Below, piece after piece: positions 35,819-45,185 of a stretch of DNA of 64,000 nucleotides (the stretch's first letter is position 1; every line of letters begins with the position of its first letter). The position numbers were made by a program, and so were the translations under genes. The DNA lies in the IMG/VR virus record IMGVR_UViG_2675903060_000001, positions 1-64,000 of that record. One strand, given 5' to 3'. This DNA is from a virus. Its lineage: Duplodnaviria; Caudoviricetes. The notes beneath the pieces were generated by a model. That model was not told the origin of the DNA. It worked only from the letters and a program-made list of their open reading frames with translations, and searched no databases.

Positions 35819-36117
35819 CATGATCGTTTGAAGCGTGGGACCTTCCCATACCGGTCCCGCAGGGACTCCGCCGGAACCTGCGACAACCGCTCACCGGGCA
35901 CCCACTCGACGTGCTTCACATGGACCGCCCCCGCGTCCGTCCGCGTCGTCACCACCCACGTCACCAGCCCCTCCCACGCCTTCGGGCCGACCTGCCGCCA
36001 CGCCAGCAGGAACACCGCCCGGTCGTAGAACTCGCCCTCCGGCGCGTACGTCACCAGCGGCGGCACCAGCACCGGGAACGCGTCATCGTCGTACGGGTTC
36101 GGCTGCCTGGCGTCCAC
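35818..36117 (-). CDS. Hypothetical protein
   Basis: LLAWRQ..WEGLVTW..EWVP motif. Confidence 0.6.
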   Translation of the reverse strand: MDARQPNPYDDDAFPVLVPPLVTYAPEGEFYDRAVFLLAWRQVGPKAWEGLVTWVVTTRTDAGAVHVKHVEWVPGERLSQVPAESLRDRYGKVPRFKRS

Positions 36118-36140
36118 TTCGTCACCCTAGCGAGGACCTG

Positions 36141-36755
36141 ATGCGGCACATCGAGTACCTGCCCCTCCCCGAGATCGTCCGAGCCGTGCGGAACCCGAAG
36201 GAGCACGACCTCCCCACCATCCGCAAGTCGATCCAGAAGTGGGGCTGCACCCTCGCCGGCGAGCTGGACGACCGCACCGGCCGCCTCGTCGCCGGGCACG
36301 GGCGCCTCCTGGTGCTGGAGGAGCTGGTTGCCGATGGCGGGTCGCCGCCCGAGGGCGTGAAGATCGGGGACGACGGGGTGTGGCTGGTGCCGATCCTGCG
36401 CGGCTGGTCCTCCCGCTCGGACGCGGACGCGGAGGGCTACCTGGTGGCGAATAACTCGACGTCGGAACGCGGCGGGTGGGACCGCGGCGCCCTCGCCGAC
36501 ATGCTGACCGACATCTACGAGGCCGACGAGGAGCTGCTGGCCGCGACCGGCTACGACCCCACGGACATCGAGGACCTGGTGCCCGCCGACCTCGGGGACG
36601 CGCCGCCCGCTCCCGTCCCCCAGTCGGGGCCTGTCGAGCGGGTCGAGCCGCCGGACGTGTGGGGCGTCATCGTCACCTGCGCCACCGAAGAGGAGCAGGT
36701 CGAACTCCTGGAGCGGCTGGCCGCCGAAGGCCGCTCCGTCCGAGCCCTCATGTGA
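36141..36755 (+). CDS. ParB/Srx N-terminal domain protein (DNA-modification-associated type)
   Basis: NPK.HD..I..SI..WG..LVAGHGR..YLVANN..WD; no HTH. Confidence 0.85.
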   Translation: MRHIEYLPLPEIVRAVRNPKEHDLPTIRKSIQKWGCTLAGELDDRTGRLVAGHGRLLVLEELVADGGSPPEGVKIGDDGVWLVPILRGWSSRSDADAEGYLVANNSTSERGGWDRGALADMLTDIYEADEELLAATGYDPTDIEDLVPADLGDAPPAPVPQSGPVERVEPPDVWGVIVTCATEEEQVELLERLAAEGRSVRALM

Positions 36756-36806
36756 GCGGGCAGAAGTAGTGATCTCGTGACTCGTATGCCAGGTGATCGA
36801 GTTCTT

Positions 36807-37421
36807 CTACTCGATCGCGCGGGGGATTATCTGGTGAAGACGGTGCAGGAGCTCCGTGATCGAGGTCTCCAATTGGCCACCCTGCACTCGGATATCTTCG
36901 TCGCGGAAAAGAGGACGCGTCCCTCTGATAACTCGGACAGCTACAAGAAGCTCGACTAGGTCGTTGAGTGTCGTCCCCTGTTGTCCTTTGAAGACGCCCG
37001 TCCTGAGCTTCTCCCAGTAGGGTGCAGGGATGTCGCTCTTAGGGTCTATCTCTCGGCCCACCCTCCCATAGAACTCGTCCATCTCCCCGAAGATGGTGCT
37101 TAAACGGCTCGCCACCTCCTCCTCCATCATGCGACGGTACCCAAAAGTGAGTTTCCGCCGGACAGGTAGGTTGTCGGCCACATACCTGGGCAGCGCGATC
37201 AGGCGGACGTTCTGCTGCGGCTTCGGCTTCTGGTGGCTGGCCCCCCGCCATGCTGCTGCGGCAGCCAAGAAGGCACTGATCCCCGAGATGAGTGCCGAGA
37301 GGGCGGTGACGATGGAGTTGATGTCCTCCGCGCCGGTGAGCTGACTGACCGTAGCGGTGAGAAGAAACCCGCCAGCAATGAGGAGCACAATCACAACGAG
37401 GGCCAGACCGATGCGGCGCAT
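36807..37421 (-). CDS. Two-TM membrane protein with soluble C-terminal domain (lower-GC insert)
   Basis: MRRIGLALVVIVLLIAGG..IVTALSALISGISAFLAAAAAW; atypical codon use. Confidence 0.65.
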   Translation of the reverse strand: MRRIGLALVVIVLLIAGGFLLTATVSQLTGAEDINSIVTALSALISGISAFLAAAAAWRGASHQKPKPQQNVRLIALPRYVADNLPVRRKLTFGYRRMMEEEVASRLSTIFGEMDEFYGRVGREIDPKSDIPAPYWEKLRTGVFKGQQGTTLNDLVELLVAVRVIRGTRPLFRDEDIRVQGGQLETSITELLHRLHQIIPRAIE

Positions 37422-37565
37422 GGACAGATCATCTCCCAAGCCATCGGCGAAAGCCCAGCGTTTGGAGAGAGTGACGCCCGTCTCGCCCAAGCCCCATTCG
37501 GCGGTGCATCCAGCGATGGATGCGGAAACACCACAGCCCCTATGACCTGACGGAGGAGAGCGCTC

Positions 37566-38669
37566 GTGCGCGCGGACATCACCCTCGCCACCCCCGTACG
37601 CCGCACCGCCCGCGTCCTCCAGCTTCAGGGCATGTTCGACGTGCCGCTGGAGGAGAAGCTGACGAACTCCTGGTCGGTGCACCTGCCCATCGAGGAACGG
37701 CGGTGGAACGTCGGCCTGATCGTCGGCCCGTCTGGGTCCGGCAAGTCCACGATCGCCAACGAGCTGTGGCCCGGCCGGCTGGTCAAGGACCATCCGTGGG
37801 GGGACCGGGCGCTCGTGGACGACTTCCCGCCCGGCATGGGCATCAAGGACATCGTCGGCCTGCTGACTGCGGTGGGCCTGTCGTCGCCGCCGGCGTGGCT
37901 CCGGCCGTACAAGACGCTCAGCAATGGGGAGGCGTTCCGCGCGAGCATGGCCCGCGCGCTCGCCGAGCACAAGGGCCTGCTGGTCGTGGACGAATTCACG
38001 TCCGTGGTGGACCGGCAGGTCGCCAAGGTCGCGAGTCACGCCGTGGCGAAGTCTGTCCGCCGTGACGGGCGGCAGCTCGTCGCGGTGACGTGCCACTACG
38101 ACGTGGTGGACTGGCTCCAGCCGGACTGGGTGTACGACGTGGCGACCGGGTCGTTCGAGTGGAGGTCGGTTCAACCCCGGCCACGGCTCCAGCTCGACAT
38201 CCACGCGGCCGACCGGAGTCTCTGGCAGATGTTTCGCCACCATCACTATCTGAGCAGCGACATCAGCAACGCTGCCCAATGCTTCGCCGGGTGCATCGAT
38301 GGCAAACCGGTAGCTTTCGCTGCCTACAGGCATTTTCAGCACCCGAAGGTGCGTGACATCAAACTCGGTCACCGCTTGGTGGTGCTGCCGGACTTCCAAG
38401 GACTGTCGATCGGCGGGCACCTGGAAGACTGGCTCGGCCAGCACCTGCATGCGCAGGGGTTCCGGTACCGGAATGTGACGTCGCACCCGGCGTTGATCGC
38501 CTACATGGAGCGCAGCCCGCGGTGGCAGCGGCAGGGCCGCGCGACCAAGCTCCACACCAGCTCGAAGCGGCGGAACCAGCATGCGAACACGCTGGACCCG
38601 CGCCGGCTCGGCCTGGTGTCGTTCGAGTACGTCCCGGCCGCGCCCGCGCGGGCGGCGCGACCGCGTTAG
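37566..38669 (+). CDS. ABC ATPase fused to a GNAT acyltransferase
   Basis: GPSGSGKST, LSNGE, LVVDEF, VTCH; then HHYL and RLVVLPDFQGLSIG. Confidence 0.9.
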   Translation: MRADITLATPVRRTARVLQLQGMFDVPLEEKLTNSWSVHLPIEERRWNVGLIVGPSGSGKSTIANELWPGRLVKDHPWGDRALVDDFPPGMGIKDIVGLLTAVGLSSPPAWLRPYKTLSNGEAFRASMARALAEHKGLLVVDEFTSVVDRQVAKVASHAVAKSVRRDGRQLVAVTCHYDVVDWLQPDWVYDVATGSFEWRSVQPRPRLQLDIHAADRSLWQMFRHHHYLSSDISNAAQCFAGCIDGKPVAFAAYRHFQHPKVRDIKLGHRLVVLPDFQGLSIGGHLEDWLGQHLHAQGFRYRNVTSHPALIAYMERSPRWQRQGRATKLHTSSKRRNQHANTLDPRRLGLVSFEYVPAAPARAARPR

Positions 38670-39067
38670 AAGCTGATCGCGGACGTCGTGTTGTGCACCG
38701 CCCGCCACGCGTGGGCGAGGTGCTTGGCGGCTTCGAGCGCCTGGTCAAGGGACGACTGCGCGGCGGCGACCGCCTGCTCGGGGTGCCCCTCGTACGGCCC
38801 GTGCGTGACCCGAAGCTCCCCCTCCGCCTGGTGGCGGGCCAGGAACTCGCCGAGCTGCCGGGTGAGCTGGTCCAGCCGTTCGGCGGCGGCGCGGATCTCA
38901 CCTGCGACCGAAGCGACGTCGGCGGGGGACTCCAGGCCGTCCGCGCCCTCACGGGTGGCGTAGTTGAGGACGCGCATGCCCTCGGCGACGGCCTGGGCGA
39001 CTTCGAGCGTGTAGCCGGAGCTGTGCGGGCCATCGGCGTTCAACGTGACGGTCGTCATGCCCGTCAT
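38666..39067 (-). CDS. Hypothetical helical protein
   Basis: High GC3 on the minus strand. Confidence 0.65.
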   Translation of the reverse strand: MTGMTTVTLNADGPHSSGYTLEVAQAVAEGMRVLNYATREGADGLESPADVASVAGEIRAAAERLDQLTRQLGEFLARHQAEGELRVTHGPYEGHPEQAVAAAQSSLDQALEAAKHLAHAWRAVHNTTSAISF

Positions 39068-39127
39068 GCTCGCACTCGGGCGCGGTCGGGCGCTCGCGCT
39101 TCCCCTCACCCATCCAGGAGTTCCGTC

Positions 39128-40186
39128 ATGCGCTGGCATACCACCGACTACCTCAACCGGGACGACGATCCCCGCCCCGGCCGCCGCGTGCACCGCGGCT
39201 TCTGGCTGGAGGAGTTGCCCCGTCTGATGCTGGTCTGCCGCCTGCGAGGCCACCGGCCGGTCGTGGACGGGTATGGTCCGACGCCGCCGGGGACGGGCGC
39301 GGCGCGGTGGGTGGTGTGCGACCGGTGCGGTGTCCGGCCAGAGCCGCAAGGCCGCCTCGACCCGGACGGGTGGCGCATCGGCCAGCCGTACGACGGCCCG
39401 TACGCCGGCGAGGAGATGAACGACCCGCTGCTGCGGACGCTGCTCGGCCCCGGCAACACGTTCGTCCGGGGCGGCATGCATCTGCCCGGAACGTGGCCGG
39501 GCAAGCCGACCGGGACGCTCGGCGGGGAGCTGGTCATCGGGAAGACGTGGGACCTGCTCTCCGTCCAAGTGAAGGTCGGCAACGCGGGCAGCGAGCACGT
39601 CCTCGCCGCCCATCTGGGGGTGTGGCCGTTCGGCATCCTCTACCTGCACACCGAACGGTTCGGCACCTGGTTGCAGCGCCGCCTGAACCCGACCGGCTAC
39701 GAGTCGCGCGTGATCGGCCTCGACATCGGCGGGTGGAAGATTCGCACGCAGGTGTGGGCTCGGCGTGACCACTGGTCTCGCGACGACCCGTGGTGGATGC
39801 ATGGCCGGATCAGCCTGGACCTGGTGGAGAAGGTGTTCGGGCGGAAGCGGTACAGCTACACCGACCACGACACCTCGGACGGGCTCGTCTGCCTCGGGAA
39901 CGGCGAAGTGCACCCGGTGCGGCTCACGCTCCAGCGGCAACGGCTCGGCCGGCCCCGGCTGGAGTGGCGTGCCCGCTACTCATGGGTGGTCGAGTGGGTC
40001 GCCGCCGACAGTGAAGGCATCCCGGTCCGGCCCGGCCGCGGCACCGTGTCGGCGGCGGTCGAGGTGGACGACGACGCGGTCACCAGCGGCCAATGGGGGC
40101 CTGCCGCACGCGCGGCCATCGCCGAGAAGATCGCCCAGGAGCGCGCCCGGTACGGCTACCGGGCGCCAACAGGAACGGAGAACTGA
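39128..40186 (+). CDS. Hypothetical Trp/Gly-rich protein
   Basis: AGGAG RBS; CRLRGH..VCDRCG. Confidence 0.7.
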   Translation: MRWHTTDYLNRDDDPRPGRRVHRGFWLEELPRLMLVCRLRGHRPVVDGYGPTPPGTGAARWVVCDRCGVRPEPQGRLDPDGWRIGQPYDGPYAGEEMNDPLLRTLLGPGNTFVRGGMHLPGTWPGKPTGTLGGELVIGKTWDLLSVQVKVGNAGSEHVLAAHLGVWPFGILYLHTERFGTWLQRRLNPTGYESRVIGLDIGGWKIRTQVWARRDHWSRDDPWWMHGRISLDLVEKVFGRKRYSYTDHDTSDGLVCLGNGEVHPVRLTLQRQRLGRPRLEWRARYSWVVEWVAADSEGIPVRPGRGTVSAAVEVDDDAVTSGQWGPAARAAIAEKIAQERARYGYRAPTGTEN

Positions 40187-40188
40187 TC

Positions 40189-40515
40189 ATGGCTGTGGAC
40201 ATCCGCGAGTACGAGCCCGTGGACACCGTCGTGCAGGCCGTCGAGGTCAACGGGCTCGACCTGGACGACATCGTCGCCTGGATCAACGACACGTCCAACC
40301 TGAAGGGCATCGTCGGTCAGCCCGCGCTCCGAGGCCGCAGCGCCGAGTACATCGACCTCCAGACCCCGGAGGGGATGCTGCGCGCCGTCCTGGGCGACTA
40401 CATCGTGACGGACGGCGCGGGCTCGTTCTGGAAGGAGTCGCGGTCGGTGTTCGAGCGCAGCTACAACCCGCGCGCCGGCGGCAACACCGGCGGCGAGGGC
40501 GGCGAGGGGGAGTAG
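40189..40515 (+). CDS. Conserved phage protein (PGDYG-like)
   Basis: VQAV..TPEG..A..GDYIV..G.FW..VFERSY. Confidence 0.75.
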   Translation: MAVDIREYEPVDTVVQAVEVNGLDLDDIVAWINDTSNLKGIVGQPALRGRSAEYIDLQTPEGMLRAVLGDYIVTDGAGSFWKESRSVFERSYNPRAGGNTGGEGGEGE

Positions 40516-40782
40516 GTGCGCGTCCAGGTGCTGCGGCTGCCGCTGTACGAGATCGGCGGCATCAGCGAGGAGCCGTTCGCGCTCATCGTGGACCAGGCCC
40601 CGGCCGAAGGCGACGGCTGGTCCACGCCCGCGCTCGCGGTGTTCGCCGAGCAGATCGGCGCCCGCGGCGTGTGGGTGACGGGGCAGACGGTGGAGATCGT
40701 GGAGCCGCACCTGCCCGACGTGGTGGACCACCTGCTGGCCGTCGAGGTGGCGGCCGACGACGCGGACGGCGGCGGCGAGTAA
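40516..40782 (+). CDS. Hypothetical protein
   Basis: GGGGAG RBS. Confidence 0.65.
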   Translation: MRVQVLRLPLYEIGGISEEPFALIVDQAPAEGDGWSTPALAVFAEQIGARGVWVTGQTVEIVEPHLPDVVDHLLAVEVAADDADGGGE

Positions 40783-40785
40783 CAA

Positions 40786-40805
40786 CGTTGGCGGAACCGG
40801 CAACG
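40786..40805. promoter_or_regulatory. Dispersed 20-bp palindrome upstream of the terminase genes
   Basis: CGTTGGCGGAACCGGCAACG. Confidence 0.75.
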
Positions 40806-40824
40806 GATGAGGTGAGTTCTGGCG

Positions 40825-41331
40825 ATGGCTGACGAGCGGCGGAAACTGGAGCTCGCCCAGCGGCGTAACCAGGCGCTCCAGATGCGGATCGCCGGCGTCT
40901 CGCCCACGCTGATCGCTGAGCGGCTGGGCTACAACAGCCCGCAGGCGGCTGCCGGCGACATCACCGCCGCGTTGAAGCGGGCCGCGAAGGCGGAAGGGCT
41001 CGCGGCGGAGCATCTGCTGCACCTGGAGATCGACCGGCTGGACCGGATGATGGCCGCCCTCTGGCCGAAGGTCTTGAAGGGCGAGGTGAACGCTGCCGAC
41101 ACCTGCCTGAAGATCATCCATAAGCGGGCGTCGCTGCTCGGGCTCGACCAGATCAACCGCAACGGCGCCCCGGACAACGACATGGCGTCGCTGCTCGGCG
41201 CGATGCTGGCGCAGCTTCAGCAGCGCTACCAGGTGGCCGACCCGGACCTTGACGCCATCGCGGCGGCCGACGTGCACGCCGAGGTCGTCACGGGCGAAGT
41301 GCTGTGGGACGACGCCGGCGGCGAGGCATGA
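40825..41331 (+). CDS. Terminase small subunit (HTH)
   Basis: ALQMRIAG.S..IAERLGY..LE..RLD..RASLLGLD; directly before TerL. Confidence 0.8.
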   Translation: MADERRKLELAQRRNQALQMRIAGVSPTLIAERLGYNSPQAAAGDITAALKRAAKAEGLAAEHLLHLEIDRLDRMMAALWPKVLKGEVNAADTCLKIIHKRASLLGLDQINRNGAPDNDMASLLGAMLAQLQQRYQVADPDLDAIAAADVHAEVVTGEVLWDDAGGEA

Positions 41332-42623
41332 CCGGCGGCGCGCTGGGGCTCGCGGTGCGGCTGTCGCCCAAGCAGGAACGCAGCATCGCCGAATCGACGG
41401 CACGCCTGAACATCTGGCAGGGGGCCATCAGAAGCGGGAAGACGATCGCTTCGTTGCTGCGCTGGCTGGCGTTCGTCGCGAATGCGCCTCGCGGCGGGTC
41501 GCTCATCGTCGTCGGCAAGACCGCCGACACCATCTCGCGGAACATCTTCGACCCGCTCATGGACCCGGCGATCACGGGGCCGCTCGCCGCGCGGATCTCC
41601 TACACGCGCGGCGCCCCGACCGCGACCATGCTGGGCCGCAAGGTGGAGATCATCTCCTGTGCGGACGCCCGCGCTGAGACGCGGCTGCGCGGCATGACCG
41701 GTGTCGGCGCGTACGTGGACGAGATCACGCTGATCGAGCGGCCGTTCTGGGACATGCTCCTGTCCAGGTTGAGCGTGCCAGGGGCGAAGCTGTTCGGCTC
41801 CACCAACCCCGACAGCCCGTCGCACTGGCTGAAGCGGGACTTCCTCGACCGGGCTCACGAGCTCGACCTCAAGAGCTGGCATTTCCGGCTGGACGACAAC
41901 CACGCCCTGGACCGCGCGTACGTGGCCGCGCTGAAGAAGGAGTACACCGGCCTCTGGTACAAGCGGTTCGTGCTCGGCCAGTGGGTGATGGCCGAGGGCG
42001 CCATCTTCGACATGTGGGACGACGACCGCATGATGGTCGCCGATCTGCCGCTGATGGAGAAGTGGCTGGCCTTGGGCATCGACTACGGCACCGCGAATCC
42101 GTTCCACGCCGTCCTCGTCGGTGTCAGCGTCCCCGACGCCCAGGGCCAGCGCCGCATCTACGTCACCAGCGAATGGCGGTGGGACTCCCGCGCCACCCGC
42201 CGCCAGCTCACCGACGCCGAGTACAGCATGCGGCTCGCCGACTGGCTCGACGGCATCCCCGACAGCTACGGCCCCGGCACGCACGGGGTGCGGCCCGCCT
42301 GGCTGATCGTGGACCCCTCGGCGGCGTCGTTCATCACCCAGCTCTACCGCGACGGCTTCCGCCCCCAGCAGGGCGACAACACCGTCCTCGACGGCATCCG
42401 CACCGTGTCCAACCTGATGGCCGCCGACCACCTGCGCGTCCACGCCTCCTGCCGCCACCTCCTGGACGAGATCGTGGGCTACGCCTGGGACGAGAAGAAA
42501 GCCGAGAAGGGCGAGGACGCCCCGATCAAAGAGCATGACCACGGCGTGGACGCCCTCCGCTACGCCATCCACACCACGCAGGCCGCGTGGATGCGGCTCC
42601 TCGAACCCGTCCCCCAGCTTTAA
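41328..42623 (+). CDS. Terminase large subunit (PBSX type)
   Basis: GAIRSGKT, YVDE, TNPD.P.HW, GIDYG, VDPSAASF, DH.VDA.RY. Confidence 0.95.
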   Translation: MTGGALGLAVRLSPKQERSIAESTARLNIWQGAIRSGKTIASLLRWLAFVANAPRGGSLIVVGKTADTISRNIFDPLMDPAITGPLAARISYTRGAPTATMLGRKVEIISCADARAETRLRGMTGVGAYVDEITLIERPFWDMLLSRLSVPGAKLFGSTNPDSPSHWLKRDFLDRAHELDLKSWHFRLDDNHALDRAYVAALKKEYTGLWYKRFVLGQWVMAEGAIFDMWDDDRMMVADLPLMEKWLALGIDYGTANPFHAVLVGVSVPDAQGQRRIYVTSEWRWDSRATRRQLTDAEYSMRLADWLDGIPDSYGPGTHGVRPAWLIVDPSAASFITQLYRDGFRPQQGDNTVLDGIRTVSNLMAADHLRVHASCRHLLDEIVGYAWDEKKAEKGEDAPIKEHDHGVDALRYAIHTTQAAWMRLLEPVPQL

Positions 42624-42828
42624 GACGCGTGCGCGCCCGGCCCTGTGTTGTGGCGGCCCAGGCCAGGCGCGCACGCCCGCTCCGCACGCGGCATCCCCGT
42701 ACGCGTGCGTCGAGCCCCGGTGCCCCCGCAGGTCGTGCCCGCCGTTGAGGGGCGGCGGCCGGCCACGCGGGGGCACCGCAGGCCCCCCGCCGGTTCACCA
42801 TCCGCTGTAGGCAGGAGATCAGCTCACC

Positions 42829-43380
42829 ATGACCGCTGACGTGACCGCAGACGACATGCTTTCCCGCCGGGACGCCCTGGTCTGGCGCTGCGCCTGGAAG
42901 GTCGCCAAGTTCTGGGGCGACCCCACGCCCGGCGCCGTCCCGTACGACGTGATCGAGGGCGACGGCAATCTGCTCATGCACGGCGGCGCGTCCGCGATCT
43001 GGCAGGCGCTCCTCGGCAACGGCACCGCCACCGCGGGCCAGGGCCTCACCTTCTTCAACGCGGCGAACGCCCACGTGGGCGTCGGCGACTCCACCACGGC
43101 GGCAGCCGCGACCCAGACCGACCTCCAGGCCGCCACCAACAAGGTGCGCAAGGCGATGGACGCCGGCTACCCGCAGCACACGGACGGCACGGGCAGCGGC
43201 AACGCCACCGTGACCTTCCGCGCCACCTTCGGCACCGGCGACGCGAACTTCGCCTGGAACGAGTGGGGGATCTTCAACGGGGCGGCGGGCGGCCGGATGC
43301 TGAACCGCAAGGTGGAGAACCTGGGGTCCAAGAGCGCTGCCGCGTCGTGGCAGCTCACCGTCACCCTCACCCTGGCGTAG
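42829..43380 (+). CDS. Virion structural protein (tail/collar-like)
   Basis: GVGDSTTA..QTDL..ATFG..ANF.W.EWG..MLNR. Confidence 0.75.
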   Translation: MTADVTADDMLSRRDALVWRCAWKVAKFWGDPTPGAVPYDVIEGDGNLLMHGGASAIWQALLGNGTATAGQGLTFFNAANAHVGVGDSTTAAAATQTDLQAATNKVRKAMDAGYPQHTDGTGSGNATVTFRATFGTGDANFAWNEWGIFNGAAGGRMLNRKVENLGSKSAAASWQLTVTLTLA

Positions 43381-43384
43381 TCCC

Positions 43385-44848
43385 ATGCCTGCGGCGGTCC
43401 GCCAAGTCACGTCGGCCCCGTCCGGCACGGCAGCCGCGTTCACCTGCGCCCGCCCGCCCACCGCCGTCGCCGGGGACCTGCTCGTCGCCTACCAGGCCGC
43501 CGACATCGGCGACCTGACCGTCATGGGCGCCCCGTCCGGCGGCGGGACGTGGAACCTGCTCGTCGCCCGCCAGTGGGGGTCAGGCTCCGGCGCGGGCGTG
43601 AAGCTCTGGTACAAGACGCACGGCGCGTCCGAACCGACGAACTACAGCTTCTCCCAGAACGGCCAGGCGGACGGCCTCGCCATCGTCGTCGCCCTGTCCG
43701 GCGCGGCCACCCCGATCCTGTACCAGCCGCTCGACACCTACACCCCGAACGTCTTCCCAACCAGCCACAACACGCCCGGCATCACGCCAGGTGGGCCGGA
43801 TGACGTCGAGCTGCGGTTCATCGGATCGCCGTCCGGGTCGGCCACCACGTGGGGAGCACCCGCCGGCTTCACCCCCGGCACGAGCGTGCAGTCGCAGATC
43901 TACACCACGGCCTCGCTCGCTCACCGCGTCCTGAGCTCGTCAGCCCCGACCGGCACCGCGGCATTCACGTCCTCGCCCGGCCTGTCGCTGACGATGGGGT
44001 TCACGCTCGCGATCCCCTCGGCCGGTCCGGCGCTGGTGACCAAGAGCGGCAGCGACACCGCCGTGGCGGCCGACCTCGCGACGCCATCGGTGACGCTGAT
44101 CCGCCCGGACTCGGCCACGCTCACCGAGGAGGCGGCGGCGGGCCCGGCCGCCGCCGACGCCGCCACCGCAGCCGAGGACGCGGCGGTGGCCGCCGGGCCC
44201 GGCACCGGCGACGCCGCGGCCCTGGCCGAGCAGGCATCCACGGTCTCGAGTCCTGCCCGCGTCGAGACGGGCGCGCTGGCGGACGTGTCCGCGCTGGTCG
44301 TCTCCCTGTTCCGGGACGACTCCGCCTTCCTGGTCGAGCAGGCCAACGTCGGGCTCGCCGCCCTGGACGCCGCCACGCTCGCCGAGACGGCGGCGCGGGA
44401 GGAGACGATCGGCCCGTCCACCGGGGACGCGGCGGGCACCGCCGAGACGGCAGCCGTCGCCGGCGCGGCGGGCGCGGCCGACGAGGCGGCCCTGACCGAG
44501 TCGGCGCGGGTGGACGTGCTCAAGCAGTCCAGCGACTCGGCGGCACTCGCCGAGCACGCCGACGCCGGCCCCGTCGCCGCCGACGCGGTGGCCCTGACCG
44601 AGTCGGCGTCGGTGCTCGTCGTCATCGACGCCTCCGACAGCGTGACCGCCGCCGACGCGGGCGCCGCGCTCCGGCCGGTCGCCGCCATGGACTCGGCGAC
44701 CGCCACGGACTCCGCCGCGGTGGCCGAGGTCGGGCGGGCGCTCGACAGCGCGGACGGGCCGCGCCGCCTGTGGCACGCCAGCCTCGCGCCGCGCCCGTGG
44801 CGCGCTGAGCCGCCCCGCCGGTCCTGGTCCGCGACGCACCTGACGTAA
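43385..44848 (+). CDS. Putative minor virion fibre/decoration protein with Ala-rich repeats
   Basis: AGDLLVA beta-sandwich N-terminus; repeated D.A.L.E.A units. Confidence 0.7.
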   Translation: MPAAVRQVTSAPSGTAAAFTCARPPTAVAGDLLVAYQAADIGDLTVMGAPSGGGTWNLLVARQWGSGSGAGVKLWYKTHGASEPTNYSFSQNGQADGLAIVVALSGAATPILYQPLDTYTPNVFPTSHNTPGITPGGPDDVELRFIGSPSGSATTWGAPAGFTPGTSVQSQIYTTASLAHRVLSSSAPTGTAAFTSSPGLSLTMGFTLAIPSAGPALVTKSGSDTAVAADLATPSVTLIRPDSATLTEEAAAGPAAADAATAAEDAAVAAGPGTGDAAALAEQASTVSSPARVETGALADVSALVVSLFRDDSAFLVEQANVGLAALDAATLAETAAREETIGPSTGDAAGTAETAAVAGAAGAADEAALTESARVDVLKQSSDSAALAEHADAGPVAADAVALTESASVLVVIDASDSVTAADAGAALRPVAAMDSATATDSAAVAEVGRALDSADGPRRLWHASLAPRPWRAEPPRRSWSATHLT

Positions 44849-44858
44849 GGAGCCCACG

Positions 44859-45158
44859 ATGGCGGAAACGATCTCCAGCCTGTCGCGTGAACTGCTCCCC
44901 ATCTGGGTGCGAGGAGCGAACGGCACCGAGGACGTCGAGATCGCGTTCACGAAACCCGGCGTGAGACCCGTCGAGGACGACTGGGCCGAAGCCGAATGGG
45001 ACACCGCGTCGGTCACCGGGAAAGGCGCGACCGCGCGCATCCTGTTCGGCCCCGGCGGCACCATCTCCCGGCCGGAAGGCACCTGGCAGGCGTGGGTGCG
45101 GGTGACCGCGCCGCCGCAGCTTCCGGTGCTGCCTGCCGGACTGATCGACGTCATCTGA
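44859..45158 (+). CDS. Putative structural protein (Ig/BppU-like)
   Basis: DW..AEW..ARILFGP..GTWQAWVRV. Confidence 0.65.
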   Translation: MAETISSLSRELLPIWVRGANGTEDVEIAFTKPGVRPVEDDWAEAEWDTASVTGKGATARILFGPGGTISRPEGTWQAWVRVTAPPQLPVLPAGLIDVI

Positions 45159-45185
45159 CTCTGCGAACAGTGAGGGCGAAAGATC

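Noticed and set aside
36141-36755. ParB as a partition protein
   Set aside because: No HTH and no adjacent ParA; the context fits DNA-modification-associated ParB-N.
37566-38669. ABC transporter
   Set aside because: No permease or binding protein nearby; the ATPase is fused to a GNAT.
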